From: a bacterium
GTDB taxonomy: Bacteria; Zhuqueibacterota; Zhuqueibacteria; Residuimicrobiales; Krinioviventaceae
Assembly: GCA_963675755.2 (NCBI GenBank)
Contig: CAXXMD010000002.1
Location: 1,632,001-1,696,000, forward strand
Length of the DNA stretch: 64,000 bases
Reading direction: 5' to 3'
The notes under the pieces were generated by a model. That model worked only from the letters and a program-made list of their open reading frames with translations. It did no database searches and was not told where the DNA came from. Below, one piece after another: positions 20,400-30,944 of the stretch. Each line of letters starts with the position of its first letter. Positions within the stretch are counted from its first letter, which is position 1. The position numbers and the translations under genes were made by a program.

Positions 20400-21383
20400 T
20401 TAACTCTTAATTTTGGACTTTTTTACTTTGACCTGAACAGACTTTTTCTGTCCATACAACGCAAGCTGACTGCCCAAAAATACCAGCCGCAGGCCAATCT
20501 TGATAAAAATAAAAATCTGCTGCAAAACAACCAATATGATCAACACAAAAATCCCGGTGGGATTGATAATCTCTAAAAGACCGCCAAAAACAAGCATAAC
20601 CGCAGCGCTGATCAAAAGTAATAATCCATACAATCCAAAAGTTTTCAATGGATGTCCTACAACAAACTTGAATGCCAGCCAGATACAAAACCATGAGGAC
20701 TCGTGGTTTTCTTTGATCAGTATAATTTTAGCATAATCAAACACGATTTTGATCAATACAAACAGCAATGCAAAAATCAAATAGCCGCCAAAATTCAACC
20801 ACCAGACCGCTTTTTCGCTCATTAAAGGAGCGGCTATGGCATCTATTACTGAAAACAATGCCGGATGCAAAAACTTGTAAATCACCAAAAACAATAATAC
20901 CATGGTCAATGCCAGTGCAAACAGGTGATGAAAGTAAAATCCCGACAATGAGAAAAACCGTCCCGTAGAATAGGAACGTTTTTCATCCGCATAAAGCGCA
21001 AGTGTACCGCCATTGAAAAAAGCTGCAATACTGATATAAACCAGTGTCAGTAAAAAAACAACCAGACTGTAGCGGGTAAAGCCTCCACTCAACAGCAGTT
21101 CAAGATTGTCAAATACCGGTCCGAATCCGCCATCAATAGCCGGGCGCAGGGTATTGATCAACCCTTCTTTGGATGCCTGTATAACACTCCACCAGTCAAC
21201 ATTAAAACCGGTTGTCAGATCGTCCCGCACGCCTTTAAAAGCAATCTCTTTACCCAGTTGGCTGGTAAAAGGAATTGCCAACAGCAGACCAGCTGCAAGG
21301 TTGACCACATAGATAATGGGGACCATTTTATAATGTTCAATTACCAAATTCAATCCGTTACGTAATGCTTTAATCATTTTCAT
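20400..21383 (-). CDS. Polytopic membrane protein of unknown function, downstream partner of the M1 peptidase
   Basis: About 6 hydrophobic segments; AGGAG RBS; 28 bp after the peptidase gene. Confidence 0.7.
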   Translation of the reverse strand: MKMIKALRNGLNLVIEHYKMVPIIYVVNLAAGLLLAIPFTSQLGKEIAFKGVRDDLTTGFNVDWWSVIQASKEGLINTLRPAIDGGFGPVFDNLELLLSGGFTRYSLVVFLLTLVYISIAAFFNGGTLALYADEKRSYSTGRFFSLSGFYFHHLFALALTMVLLFLVIYKFLHPALFSVIDAIAAPLMSEKAVWWLNFGGYLIFALLFVLIKIVFDYAKIILIKENHESSWFCIWLAFKFVVGHPLKTFGLYGLLLLISAAVMLVFGGLLEIINPTGIFVLIILVVLQQIFIFIKIGLRLVFLGSQLALYGQKKSVQVKVKKSKIKS

Positions 21384-21411
21384 AATTCAATTCTCCTGTT
21401 TGGAATCCATG

Positions 21412-23394
21412 TCATGAAAAAATAGCTGCCGTTTCGAGTAAATGCTGCAACCAGAAAAGCCATCTGGCGCCCCATTTCATCGCGGCAAAAGAATTACGTT
21501 CACGGTAACGGACATTGTTCGACGTATCCGTGTCCAGTACTATCTTGTGTTCGGGATCTATTTCAACCTTGTATACCGGCGAATCCACATTATAATTCAG
21601 CACGGTAACCGCATCTTTAGCATCCCAGGTCTCATGTACAATCTCACCATTTTCAAAAGATACAGCAATTTCAGCAGGTATAGCCAGGTCACCATTACGT
21701 TTCAAAACAATACGCGATTCATAACCGGAACCGGCCTTGGTGTTTGAATAGAGTTTTCCCTGTTCATCCAAACCGTTTACGGGTGATATTGGTTTTGAAC
21801 TGATATCCTGCACCATCAGATCAATATCAGCGGCACCATACAGTATCTTTTCGAAAAACCAGTTCATAGGTTCGGGAGCAATTTCATTCACCACGTCAAT
21901 AAAATCCTGCGTGGTTGGATGCTTGTAACTGTACCGGGAAGCAAAAGTTTGCATTACATTTAAAAACGTTTCGGTACCCAACAAATTTTCAAGGGTTGCC
22001 AGCATCATGGCCGCTTTATCATACGCGTGCGCCTTGTAACTGGCATAGGTAGCAAACTCCCATGAAGGTTGATTCACAGGTTCAACCATTCCCGCATTAC
22101 GATAACGATTCATACGCCTGTCCATGGGATCTAGAGTAATATCAAATGTGTATGGTATAGCAAAACCTTTACGCTCCAGATAATATTTGTAATGCGAAAT
22201 ATAACCATAAGCGGCGTTCAAAGCCCGAATATCGGAAAAGGATGTAAAGCCCTCATCAATCCAGGGTTCTTCAAACTCGTTACTTGCAACCAGTCCATAC
22301 CAGAATTGATGACCCATCTCGTGCATAACCGTCCATTCCGGTGACATGTTACGTTTGGCCTCATTGCAAGACACAGCAACGGTAATCAGGGTAGGATACT
22401 CCATACTCGCGGTCTTTGTGCACGGGGGTGTATCTACAATAGTGAGCTGCTTGTAGGGATACGGTGTATACCACGTACCATAATAGCTGAGGGAATTTTT
22501 AGCTGCATCCAGAAACCGGTCTGCGAATTTTTCGTGTTCGGGCAGGTACAGCAGTTTAATCTCTACAGGGGGCAATCCCTCTGATTCGAATTGAGCGGTT
22601 TTTGTGAGGAATTTGGGATAAGCAGTAAAAGCAAAATCATGAATACAATCCTGGGTGACAGTATAAACCGTATTTTCACCAGATGGTTTGGGTTCTGACA
22701 TTTCACCTGTTGCACCCACAACAAAACCATTCGGTACAGTTAATTCAACATGGTAGCTGCCAAAATCCGCAAAATACTCGCTGGTTTGGTGATACTGATG
22801 ACAGTTCCAACCTTTATCGGTTAACACACCAATCTTGGGGAACCATTGTGATATCATATAGAAATCCTGCTTGTATCCGGCACGAATACCGAGATATGGA
22901 ATTTTGGTAGTAAATTCAAAATCAAAATGGATCTCCTGCCCTTTCTGAACCGGTTCAGGTAATGATAAAATAAAAACCGTCATATCAGCTTTATTATCAT
23001 CATCCGGTTGCACAAATTCTAATGATGGCAGTAAATCAGTATCAGAAAAAAGGTCCTTGCAGGACGCGGATACAGCGCTAATATCCAGCGCTCCCCAGCC
23101 ATTATCAGGCCAGTTGCTGTCAAACATACCAAAAGGTTTGGGATCTGCATTGACTTCTCTGACAAACGTGCTTGAGGAATTTCGAAATGCGTTGAGATAA
23201 GCGTGGAAATAGACCTTGTCCACAGCAATTTCCGAGGTGTGGGTCCAATCCAGCTGCATTTTACCGGTAACGGCATTTTCTTCCGGCAAGAGTTGTGCGG
23301 AAATTTTGTAACGGACAATCTGCTCACATGGAACTTGTGAAAACACGGGAATTGTGAAAATCAAAAGTGCGACTAGAACCAGTAATCGTTTCAT
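21412..23394 (-). CDS. Secreted M1-family zinc metallo-aminopeptidase
   Basis: ASMEYP (GxMEN-like), HEMGHQFW..ASNEFEEPWIDEGF, Y.KA motif; signal peptide from MKRLL (ATG 23394). Confidence 0.92.
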   Translation of the reverse strand: MKRLLVLVALLIFTIPVFSQVPCEQIVRYKISAQLLPEENAVTGKMQLDWTHTSEIAVDKVYFHAYLNAFRNSSSTFVREVNADPKPFGMFDSNWPDNGWGALDISAVSASCKDLFSDTDLLPSLEFVQPDDDNKADMTVFILSLPEPVQKGQEIHFDFEFTTKIPYLGIRAGYKQDFYMISQWFPKIGVLTDKGWNCHQYHQTSEYFADFGSYHVELTVPNGFVVGATGEMSEPKPSGENTVYTVTQDCIHDFAFTAYPKFLTKTAQFESEGLPPVEIKLLYLPEHEKFADRFLDAAKNSLSYYGTWYTPYPYKQLTIVDTPPCTKTASMEYPTLITVAVSCNEAKRNMSPEWTVMHEMGHQFWYGLVASNEFEEPWIDEGFTSFSDIRALNAAYGYISHYKYYLERKGFAIPYTFDITLDPMDRRMNRYRNAGMVEPVNQPSWEFATYASYKAHAYDKAAMMLATLENLLGTETFLNVMQTFASRYSYKHPTTQDFIDVVNEIAPEPMNWFFEKILYGAADIDLMVQDISSKPISPVNGLDEQGKLYSNTKAGSGYESRIVLKRNGDLAIPAEIAVSFENGEIVHETWDAKDAVTVLNYNVDSPVYKVEIDPEHKIVLDTDTSNNVRYRERNSFAAMKWGARWLFWLQHLLETAAIFS

Positions 23395-23429
23395 GTTTCG
23401 CTCCAATTCAATTTTGGGTCCCATCCGAA

Positions 23430-24245
23430 TTAACGTTTTACAATTTTATATTCGATTTTGTATTGATCAATATGTTTATGCGCATATTGCATTGCCGATT
23501 CACGGTCCTGGAAACGACCGACCCAAACAGCATAAAAAGTACGATCTCGTACCTGTTTCTCTCGAATTTCAACATAGTGGTCGGGTTGAAATTTCTCTTT
23601 AACTTTTACAGCGTTTTCCTGAACGCTAAAAGCACCTATCTGGATTGAGTAATGATACACTTCTTTGGTTTGTGGTACAGGCTTGGGTTTGGGTTGTGCT
23701 GGTTTTGTGTTTTTCTCCAATTCTTTCCACAAATCTTCATTTTCAAGATCCATGACCGCCATATTCACAAATGGAGAAGACTGGGCGTTTTTCACAAATG
23801 CCTGTAAAAACATGTATGAGGAATCCAGTTTACCTTCGCCATAGTAGCTTTGACAAAACAGATATTGAACACGATCGATAATGCCAGATTGGGGATATTG
23901 CCGTATAAACTGTTGAAAGACTTGGCGCGCAGTGCTGTAATCGCCGGTGGAATAATAATATTGACCCATGCGGAACAAAGATTCATCAGCAAATTGTGAA
24001 TCCGGGAATTGTTTATGGACCTTTTCAAAACTAACAAGAGCGTTCAGGGCGTCTTGTTCAAATACGCCTTTAAAAAACATAACAACAGGATGATTGGGGT
24101 AATCTCTTTCAAGATCGGGAAGTAACTCCTCAAGTTCATCCAATTGATCATTATAAAACAAAACCTGAGCGTTCTTGATAGCAGTTTGTCCCATCCCCAA
24201 AGATATTATACAAATCAACAACAAGAGTATATTACGGATATGCAA
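23430..24245 (-). CDS. TPR (BamD/CpoB-like) plus C-terminal SPOR domain protein
   Basis: Signal peptide; FPDSQFADESLFRMG TPR; YSIQIGAFS...NA...FYAVWVGRF SPOR motif. Confidence 0.85.
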   Translation of the reverse strand: MHIRNILLLLICIISLGMGQTAIKNAQVLFYNDQLDELEELLPDLERDYPNHPVVMFFKGVFEQDALNALVSFEKVHKQFPDSQFADESLFRMGQYYYSTGDYSTARQVFQQFIRQYPQSGIIDRVQYLFCQSYYGEGKLDSSYMFLQAFVKNAQSSPFVNMAVMDLENEDLWKELEKNTKPAQPKPKPVPQTKEVYHYSIQIGAFSVQENAVKVKEKFQPDHYVEIREKQVRDRTFYAVWVGRFQDRESAMQYAHKHIDQYKIEYKIVKR

Positions 24246-25395
24246 TTTTCACCCTTTTCGCTGAATTCCATGCCCTGCATTCAGGACAGTGCCAAAAGTA
24301 ATCATTTGACTGGTAGTTACAATCTGCACAAACAAAATTATGATGATCCGCAACAATTTCCTGGGCAAGTTTTTCCGCCAAATTTGCCGCCTGATCTTTC
24401 ATACCCAGTTTACTGCGCAAACGAATAAGCATGATTTTAAGTTCAAGACGGGAATCGTCTTTTTCCATCGCTTTTTTACAGATGTCAATTGCCTGTAAAA
24501 GCTCTCCTTTTTTCTCCAACAGATCAGACAATCCAATATAAGCTTCAATTACATCAGGATTGGTTTTCATCAAATCCATGTAAAGCTTTTCAATCTCACT
24601 AAACTGGCCCATATCAAACAAAACTTGTTTCAATCTTGAAAACGCAAGATATGCCTGCTCAGGGGCACGTTGAATTAATTGCTTTAGTGCAGCAAGCGCA
24701 TCTTTTAAACGATTTTCACGGATATAGCTATCTGCCAGTTCCTGATAACCACCTGCACATGATTTATCAAGTTTGATTGCTTCTCTAAAACAAATTCTAG
24801 CCTCATGTTCTTTTTTCAGGGCAGCAAGAGATAATCCTTCTTCAACCTTGTAACAGGCAAGTATTCTGTTTTTATTATCTTTAGAATTTTTCTCACTTTT
24901 TCTAAACAGTACAAAAGCGTTTCGCCAGTCACCCATTTCTTCATAAACGGATAACAGCATATCTTTGGTCCATTGTGAATTTTTATTCATACTCAGAACC
25001 TGTTCGCAGGCATCAACTGCCTGTGAATAGCTACCGAGTTGTTGATAATCAAGTGCCAGAGATTTATATATAGCAATACGCTTGTGATCTGATAATTCTT
25101 CACGCACCAGCAAATCACGATGGACTTTGACAGCCTGATCGGCATGGCCCTGTGCTCTGAGTATATCTCCAATCTTGATATATGCATCAATTAAATCTGT
25201 ATTTAATCTAACTGTCTTTCTGAGATGCTCAAGGGCTTTATCGTTTTCGCCATTGATCATGTGATTCAGACCGGCAATATACTCCAAATGTGCCTGGTTC
25301 AGCGGAGACATTTTACGTTTGATCTTGATGATAATAAAACCCAACGCCAGAATAAATACAATCAGTGATAATGCAACAATATGGATTACCTCCAT
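24232..25395 (-). CDS. lapB: LPS assembly protein B-like (N-terminal TM, TPRs, rubredoxin-like Zn site)
   Basis: EYIAGLN, AVKVHRDL, C-terminal CADC...WHCPECRAW; adjacent to lapA. Confidence 0.85.
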   Translation of the reverse strand: MEVIHIVALSLIVFILALGFIIIKIKRKMSPLNQAHLEYIAGLNHMINGENDKALEHLRKTVRLNTDLIDAYIKIGDILRAQGHADQAVKVHRDLLVREELSDHKRIAIYKSLALDYQQLGSYSQAVDACEQVLSMNKNSQWTKDMLLSVYEEMGDWRNAFVLFRKSEKNSKDNKNRILACYKVEEGLSLAALKKEHEARICFREAIKLDKSCAGGYQELADSYIRENRLKDALAALKQLIQRAPEQAYLAFSRLKQVLFDMGQFSEIEKLYMDLMKTNPDVIEAYIGLSDLLEKKGELLQAIDICKKAMEKDDSRLELKIMLIRLRSKLGMKDQAANLAEKLAQEIVADHHNFVCADCNYQSNDYFWHCPECRAWNSAKRVKIAYP

Positions 25396-25399
25396 AGAA

Positions 25400-25756
25400 C
25401 TACTCCTTGCTGATGCTGGTTGAATTACCGGTTGTTATTGCTTTGGGGGCTTCTTTGGTTACTGCTTCTTCAACGGATACATTTCGCAGTCTGTTCAATT
25501 CATCTTTGAGTTTTTTCAACTCTTTTTTCACTTTACGGTTTTCATTCCGCATTCCCAGCATTTGTATTATAGATATAACAACCCAGAACAACAAACCGGC
25601 TACAAAAGAAACATACATGATTACCCAAAGCGGTAAATCTGTAGAGGTCTGCCATTTCAGGAATTTAACCGGAACAGATACATCTGTGTTTTGCATTGCA
25701 AAGCCAATGACAAAAATAACCATAATGGCTCCAACAATCCAGCGAATTACCCACAT
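25400..25756 (-). CDS. lapA: LPS assembly protein A family protein
   Basis: FAMQN..V...LPLW two-TM pattern plus coiled coil; ATG 25756 behind GGAGG; between rpsA and lapB. Confidence 0.82.
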   Translation of the reverse strand: MWVIRWIVGAIMVIFVIGFAMQNTDVSVPVKFLKWQTSTDLPLWVIMYVSFVAGLLFWVVISIIQMLGMRNENRKVKKELKKLKDELNRLRNVSVEEAVTKEAPKAITTGNSTSISKE

Positions 25757-25888
25757 ATTTGCCTCCAATAATTAACCTTATAAAAGGTATAATAATCGAA
25801 TGATAAATCAAAATTTTTTTTTGGTTCCATAAAAAAAAGAGCCGGACAAACACTTGCCCGGCTCTGTATAATAATTCCGTAATACGGA

Positions 25889-27832
25889 TTATTCTTCTGT
25901 TTTTTCCTCAGCTTTTGCGTCTGCTTCTGGTTCTTCAGCTTTTGCTTCTGCTGCGGGTGCCGGCTTGGTTTCCGGTTTTGCTTTTTTAGGTTTTCTTCCA
26001 CCATCCTGCATGGAAAGTTCGTTATCCATTTCTTCTGTATCAACTTTTTGAGAAAAATCGATATCAGATTTTTCTGACAAGACGATTTTCTTGTTCTCTT
26101 TATTGAATTCGATAACGGTCAATTCCAAATCATCATCAATCTGGTAACCATCAGCAGGTTTGCTAATGTTTTCTTTTGCCAGTTGAGACATGGGTACAAA
26201 ACCATCAACACCTTGAGGCAATTCAGCCAACAAGCCTTTTTCAATCAAACGTACAACTTTACCAGGGATCTTTGTTCCTACTTTGTAGGTATTTTCAAAT
26301 ACATCCCAGGGATTGTCTTGAGTTTGTTTGAAACCGAGAGAGATACGACGATTGTCTTTATCAACATTCAATACAACAACTTCGATCTCGTCTCCTTTTT
26401 TCACAACCTCTCCCGGGTGGCGGATCTTTTTCGTCCAGGACAAGTCAGAAATATGAATCAATCCGTCAATACCTTCTTCCAGTTCAACAAACGCACCAAA
26501 GTTGGTCAGGTTGCGAACTTTGCCGGTATGACGTGTGCCGACCGGGTAACGTTCGGACAATGATTCCCATGGATCCGGTTCCAATTGTTTCAGACCCAGA
26601 GAAATTTTGCGGTCATCTTTTTGGATACTCAGTACTTTGGCTTCAACCATTTCACCTACAGCAAGTATCTTTGACGGATGCTTGATATGTTGTGTCCATG
26701 ACATTTCGGAAATATGGATCAAGCCTTCAACACCTTTTTCCAGTTCTACAAAGGCACCGTAATCGGAAATGCTGACAACTTTACCACGGACAACAGTGTC
26801 AACCGGGTATTTTTTCTCAACATCTTCCCATGGATGCGCTTGCAGTTGTTTCAATCCCAGAGAGATTCTATCTTTATCATCATTGAAATCAAGAATTACA
26901 ACATTGATTTTTTCATCAAGGGCAACAACTTCAGATGGGTGAGATACACGACCCCATGACAAGTCGTTGATGTGAAGCAATCCGTCCACACCGCCCAAAT
27001 CGATAAATACACCAAAGTCAGTTATATTTTTAACAGTACCTTCAAGTACCTGTCCGCGTTCGAGTTCTTGCAGGATCTTTTCACGTTGTCCCTTCATTTC
27101 CTGTTCTACCAGTACTCTGTGAGATACAACAATGTTTTTACGCGCATGGTTAACTTTGACAATTTTGAAATCCATCATACTGTCAATCAAAGAGTCAAAA
27201 TCGCGAATTGGGCGTACATCAATCTGTGAACCGGGCAAGAACGCATCCACACCACCAAGGTCAACAACAATACCACCCTTGATTCGGCGAACACATTTAC
27301 CCTGCAGAATATCTCCGCGTTCATAAGATTCAATAACTTTTTCCCAAATGCGCATAAAGTCGGCTTTCTTTTTAGAAAGTACAAGATAGCCGTCGACATC
27401 TTCAATCTCATCAATAAAGACCTCGATATTGTCACCAACGATAATATCGCTACGTTCCAGGAACTCTTCTACCAGAATAGTTCCTTCTGATTTAAAACCG
27501 ATGTCAATAGAAACTTCCTTGTCATTTACAGCAAGAACTTTACCGAAAACAACCTGGCCGGGTTTAAAGTCTACAAGTGTACCTTCATAGAGTTTTTCAA
27601 GATCTTTAAACTCTTGTTCAGTATACTCTTGTTCCAGTCTATCCAGTTCTTCCAGGGTTGCTACTGCTGGTTTTGCTGCAGGCTCTGAAGCTTCCGTTAC
27701 GGGTTCAGGTGCAGTTGCAGGTGCTTCAACTGTAGCCTGTTCCTCATTGGCCTTGGGTGTTGCTTGTTCACTTGATTCAACGCTATTATTAGCATCTTCT
27801 TCAAGTGGGTTAGGGTTTGTTTGTTCGTTCAT
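25889..27832 (-). CDS. rpsA: 30S ribosomal protein S1
   Basis: DIGFKSEG, AFLPGSQID, FGVFIDLGGVDGLLHI, S1 repeats; AGGAGG RBS. Confidence 0.98.
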   Translation of the reverse strand: MNEQTNPNPLEEDANNSVESSEQATPKANEEQATVEAPATAPEPVTEASEPAAKPAVATLEELDRLEQEYTEQEFKDLEKLYEGTLVDFKPGQVVFGKVLAVNDKEVSIDIGFKSEGTILVEEFLERSDIIVGDNIEVFIDEIEDVDGYLVLSKKKADFMRIWEKVIESYERGDILQGKCVRRIKGGIVVDLGGVDAFLPGSQIDVRPIRDFDSLIDSMMDFKIVKVNHARKNIVVSHRVLVEQEMKGQREKILQELERGQVLEGTVKNITDFGVFIDLGGVDGLLHINDLSWGRVSHPSEVVALDEKINVVILDFNDDKDRISLGLKQLQAHPWEDVEKKYPVDTVVRGKVVSISDYGAFVELEKGVEGLIHISEMSWTQHIKHPSKILAVGEMVEAKVLSIQKDDRKISLGLKQLEPDPWESLSERYPVGTRHTGKVRNLTNFGAFVELEEGIDGLIHISDLSWTKKIRHPGEVVKKGDEIEVVVLNVDKDNRRISLGFKQTQDNPWDVFENTYKVGTKIPGKVVRLIEKGLLAELPQGVDGFVPMSQLAKENISKPADGYQIDDDLELTVIEFNKENKKIVLSEKSDIDFSQKVDTEEMDNELSMQDGGRKPKKAKPETKPAPAAEAKAEEPEADAKAEEKTEE

Positions 27833-27858
27833 AATTAGATGAAACCTCCTTATTTATT

Positions 27859-28728
27859 TTATAACCCCTTTTCAGGGAGTTTTTCTAAAGCATGGGCAAC
27901 TTTTTCAAGCTGCCAAATTGGTGTTGAGGCGCTGCCTGTTACACCAATTGTATCCGAATTGTTAAACCAGCTTGTATCCAGATCCTCGGGACCTTCAATG
28001 CGATAGCTGTTCGGATTATTTCTTTTTATCAAATCAAATAAAATGCCGGTATTTGAACTTTGTTTTCCACCGACCATTAAACATACATCAACAGATTTTG
28101 CAAACGCTTGCAAATGTTCATTTTTACGTTTGATATGTTTGCATGTTGTATCTTTGACCTTGACCATTTTTACTAACAATTCCAAACGGCCTTGAATTTC
28201 CAAAAACTTTTCAGGATCAAAGGTTGTCTGAGATACCAACAGGGTCTTTTTATCGGGATCGACTTTATCAAGATCATCAATGTTCTTGACAACAATACCC
28301 TGATCATCGCAATATCCCATAATTCCTTTAACTTCAGCATGACCGTCTTTGCCGGTAATCACAATTTGATAATTGCTTTTGTAATGTTCTTGAACCACAC
28401 GATGAACACGTTTAACAATTCCGCAGGTTCCATCAATCAGATCAACTTTGGCATCTCGCAGCAAGTTTTCGACTCGAGGTGAAACACCGTGACTCCGAAT
28501 AAAAACCGTATTATTGAAAAAAGATTCGGGTATATTGCCGGCTTCTACAGTCTCCTGGGCTTCAACAGTCAAACCTTTTTCACTCAACCGGATCAGTTCA
28601 AGGTCATTGTGAATGACAGGTCCCAGAGAAATTAAAGCTGTATTACGTTCAAGCGTTTCTTCTATCGTTTTCAATGCCCGTGTAACTCCGGGACAAGGTC
28701 CGGCATGATTGTCAATGATCACATTCAA
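27859..28728 (-). CDS. ispH: 4-hydroxy-3-methylbut-2-enyl diphosphate reductase
   Basis: GPCPGV, IHN, RSHGV, DGTCGIV, GHAEV, SQTT, TTCKH, SSNT, GSASTP; cmk-ispH-rpsA synteny. Confidence 0.93.
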   Translation of the reverse strand: MNVIIDNHAGPCPGVTRALKTIEETLERNTALISLGPVIHNDLELIRLSEKGLTVEAQETVEAGNIPESFFNNTVFIRSHGVSPRVENLLRDAKVDLIDGTCGIVKRVHRVVQEHYKSNYQIVITGKDGHAEVKGIMGYCDDQGIVVKNIDDLDKVDPDKKTLLVSQTTFDPEKFLEIQGRLELLVKMVKVKDTTCKHIKRKNEHLQAFAKSVDVCLMVGGKQSSNTGILFDLIKRNNPNSYRIEGPEDLDTSWFNNSDTIGVTGSASTPIWQLEKVAHALEKLPEKGL

Positions 28729-29405
28729 GCAGCAGCACCCAGTAAATGGGCTTGCTGTACTACAAAATCTACCTGTTCTTCTATGGTCATGGATGATGTA
28801 TCAAGCTCAATAGCATCATCCGCTTTTGTTAGCGGATTGGCTTCGCGTTGGGTATCCTGTTCATCACGTTTGCGGATATCGTCCTGAATCTCCTGCATAT
28901 CCACCTGCATACCCTTTTTCTGATACTCTTCATAACGGCGCCTGGCCCTTTCTTCAAGACCGGCTACCATAAAAATTTTCAAATCCGCTTGCGGAAATAC
29001 CTTGGTGCCAATATCGCGACCTTCAGCAACAATGCCGCCTTTTAGTGCCCATTGACGCTGCTTTTCGATCAGAATCTCTCTGACCTTTGGATTGGCAGCG
29101 ACGGGTGCGACCGCATTGGTTACTTGCGGAGTACGTATTGCCGCAGTTACATTTTCTTTGCCTAAAAAGACATTCAGTTCATCCTGAATCCATTCAAAGC
29201 CAATTTCAGTATGTCTGGCTATTTCTGCGACTTTATCTGCGTCATGTATATCTAATCCCTGATTCAATGCGTTCAGGGTAACTGTTCTGTACATTGCACC
29301 GGAATCCAAATGGATATAATTTAACCGGCGCGCTACTTCTTTTGCTGTTGTGCTTTTGCCTGACCCTGCCGGGCCGTCTATGGCAATGATCAGATCATTT
29401 TTCAA
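28725..29405 (-). CDS. cmk: Cytidylate kinase
   Basis: IAIDGPAGSGKST, DSGAMYR, EGRDIGT.VFP.A. Confidence 0.97.
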   Translation of the reverse strand: MKNDLIIAIDGPAGSGKSTTAKEVARRLNYIHLDSGAMYRTVTLNALNQGLDIHDADKVAEIARHTEIGFEWIQDELNVFLGKENVTAAIRTPQVTNAVAPVAANPKVREILIEKQRQWALKGGIVAEGRDIGTKVFPQADLKIFMVAGLEERARRRYEEYQKKGMQVDMQEIQDDIRKRDEQDTQREANPLTKADDAIELDTSSMTIEEQVDFVVQQAHLLGAAA

Positions 29406-30139
29406 CGAGTTTTTCCAGTTTTATTTCGTCTCATCAGACCAGCGGCCATTTTCAACTGTCGTACTTCATTTGAATTTAAAAAACGCCATTTGCCGCGGTC
29501 CAGATTTTCAAGCGTTAACGGTCCATATTGCACACGTTTCAGGGTAACAACATCATATCCCAAAGCCAGGAACATGCGACGTACCTGATTTTTCCGGCCT
29601 TCTTTCATCCTGACTTCTACTCTGTCAAAAGTATTTGTATAAAAAGAAGCCCGACATGGGGAGGTCATGCCATCATCCAGCTCGATTCCGGATCTCAGGG
29701 CATCAAGTCCCTTGGGATCAAAATCTCTATCCAGTTTCACCCGATAAGTCTTGTTGACTTTGAATCCGGGGTGCATTAACCTGTGCGCAAGCTCGCCATC
29801 ATTGGTAAAGAGCAACAGACCTTCGCTTTTAATATCCAAGCGACCTATTGGAAATACCCTTTCCCGGATGTTAAACAATTCAAACACGGTCTTGCGGCCG
29901 CGTTCATCGCTTGCAGTTGTAACAAACCCTTTGGGTTTGTGCATCATTATATATACTTTTTTCGTAACAGGTTTTACGGATTTACCGTCTACCGTTACCT
30001 TGTCTTGTTCACCAACTTGAATGCCAAGCTCAGAAACAACATTACCATTTATTTTAACACGGCCTTCCTGAACTAATGTTTCGGAAGCACGCCGTGAGGC
30101 TACTCCGCAACTGGCAAGATATTTATTTAGACGCATCAT
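29402..30139 (-). CDS. rluB: RsuA/RluB-family rRNA pseudouridine synthase
   Basis: S4 domain RLNKYLA.CGVASRR; GRLD catalytic motif; EGRKNQVRRM; follows scpB. Confidence 0.88.
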   Translation of the reverse strand: MMRLNKYLASCGVASRRASETLVQEGRVKINGNVVSELGIQVGEQDKVTVDGKSVKPVTKKVYIMMHKPKGFVTTASDERGRKTVFELFNIRERVFPIGRLDIKSEGLLLFTNDGELAHRLMHPGFKVNKTYRVKLDRDFDPKGLDALRSGIELDDGMTSPCRASFYTNTFDRVEVRMKEGRKNQVRRMFLALGYDVVTLKRVQYGPLTLENLDRGKWRFLNSNEVRQLKMAAGLMRRNKTGKTR

Positions 30140-30944
30140 CAGATTCTACAGACTGCTCCACGGTATCTTTATTATCGGTTGTTTCAGAACCATTGGCGTC
30201 TTTACCATTATCTGAACCTTCATTTTGCTCCTGTTCGGGAGCAGAAGCAGAATCATCAGCTGGTTTTTCAGTATTTTCTGCAGTTGCATCAGTGGCTGAT
30301 TCCGGAGATTCGTCCTTGTTCGGCTCTTTTCCGTCTTTACCATTTTCAGCATTTTCTTCCTGCGCCTCTTCTTCAAAAACTTCTTCGGGCAGGTCATTGA
30401 GCAGTTTACCACCTTCACCTTCAGCCAGCAATTCTTCAATCTCTTTGGGACGTGGCAGATCAGCAATATCATTCAAATTAAAATATTGCAAAAACTCTTT
30501 GGTTGTTGAAAACAACAACGCACGGCCCTGTTCCTTGTCTCGGCCAGTGATGGTAATTAACTGACGTTCCAGCAAATTTTTAATAACACCATCAGAGTTA
30601 ACACCACGAATAGCAGATACTTCGATACGGCTTATGGGCTGTTTAAACGCAATAATAGACAATGTTTCAAGCGATGCCCGGCTTAGACGGTTCCGTGCTT
30701 TGCTTTCATGCATGTGACTGATCCACTTGGAGAACTCGGGCTTGGTGGCAAACTGATAACCGCCACCCACTTTATTTAAAAAGAAAGCGCGATCATCAAG
30801 ATCCTCTTCAAGTAAAGCTATTGCCTTTTCAATTTCTTCCTTGTCTGCTTCTTGTACAATAGTTGAAATCTGTCGCACAGACAATGGAGAATCCGAAGCA
30901 AAGATCAGTGACTCTACAATATATACGAGTTGTTTAATATCCAT
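30123..30944 (-). CDS. scpB: SMC-Scp complex subunit ScpB with acidic low-complexity tail
   Basis: ESLIFAS..PLS, LSRASLETLSIIAFKQPISR.E..AIRGV, TTKEFL.YF.L. Confidence 0.95.
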   Translation of the reverse strand: MDIKQLVYIVESLIFASDSPLSVRQISTIVQEADKEEIEKAIALLEEDLDDRAFFLNKVGGGYQFATKPEFSKWISHMHESKARNRLSRASLETLSIIAFKQPISRIEVSAIRGVNSDGVIKNLLERQLITITGRDKEQGRALLFSTTKEFLQYFNLNDIADLPRPKEIEELLAEGEGGKLLNDLPEEVFEEEAQEENAENGKDGKEPNKDESPESATDATAENTEKPADDSASAPEQEQNEGSDNGKDANGSETTDNKDTVEQSVESDDASK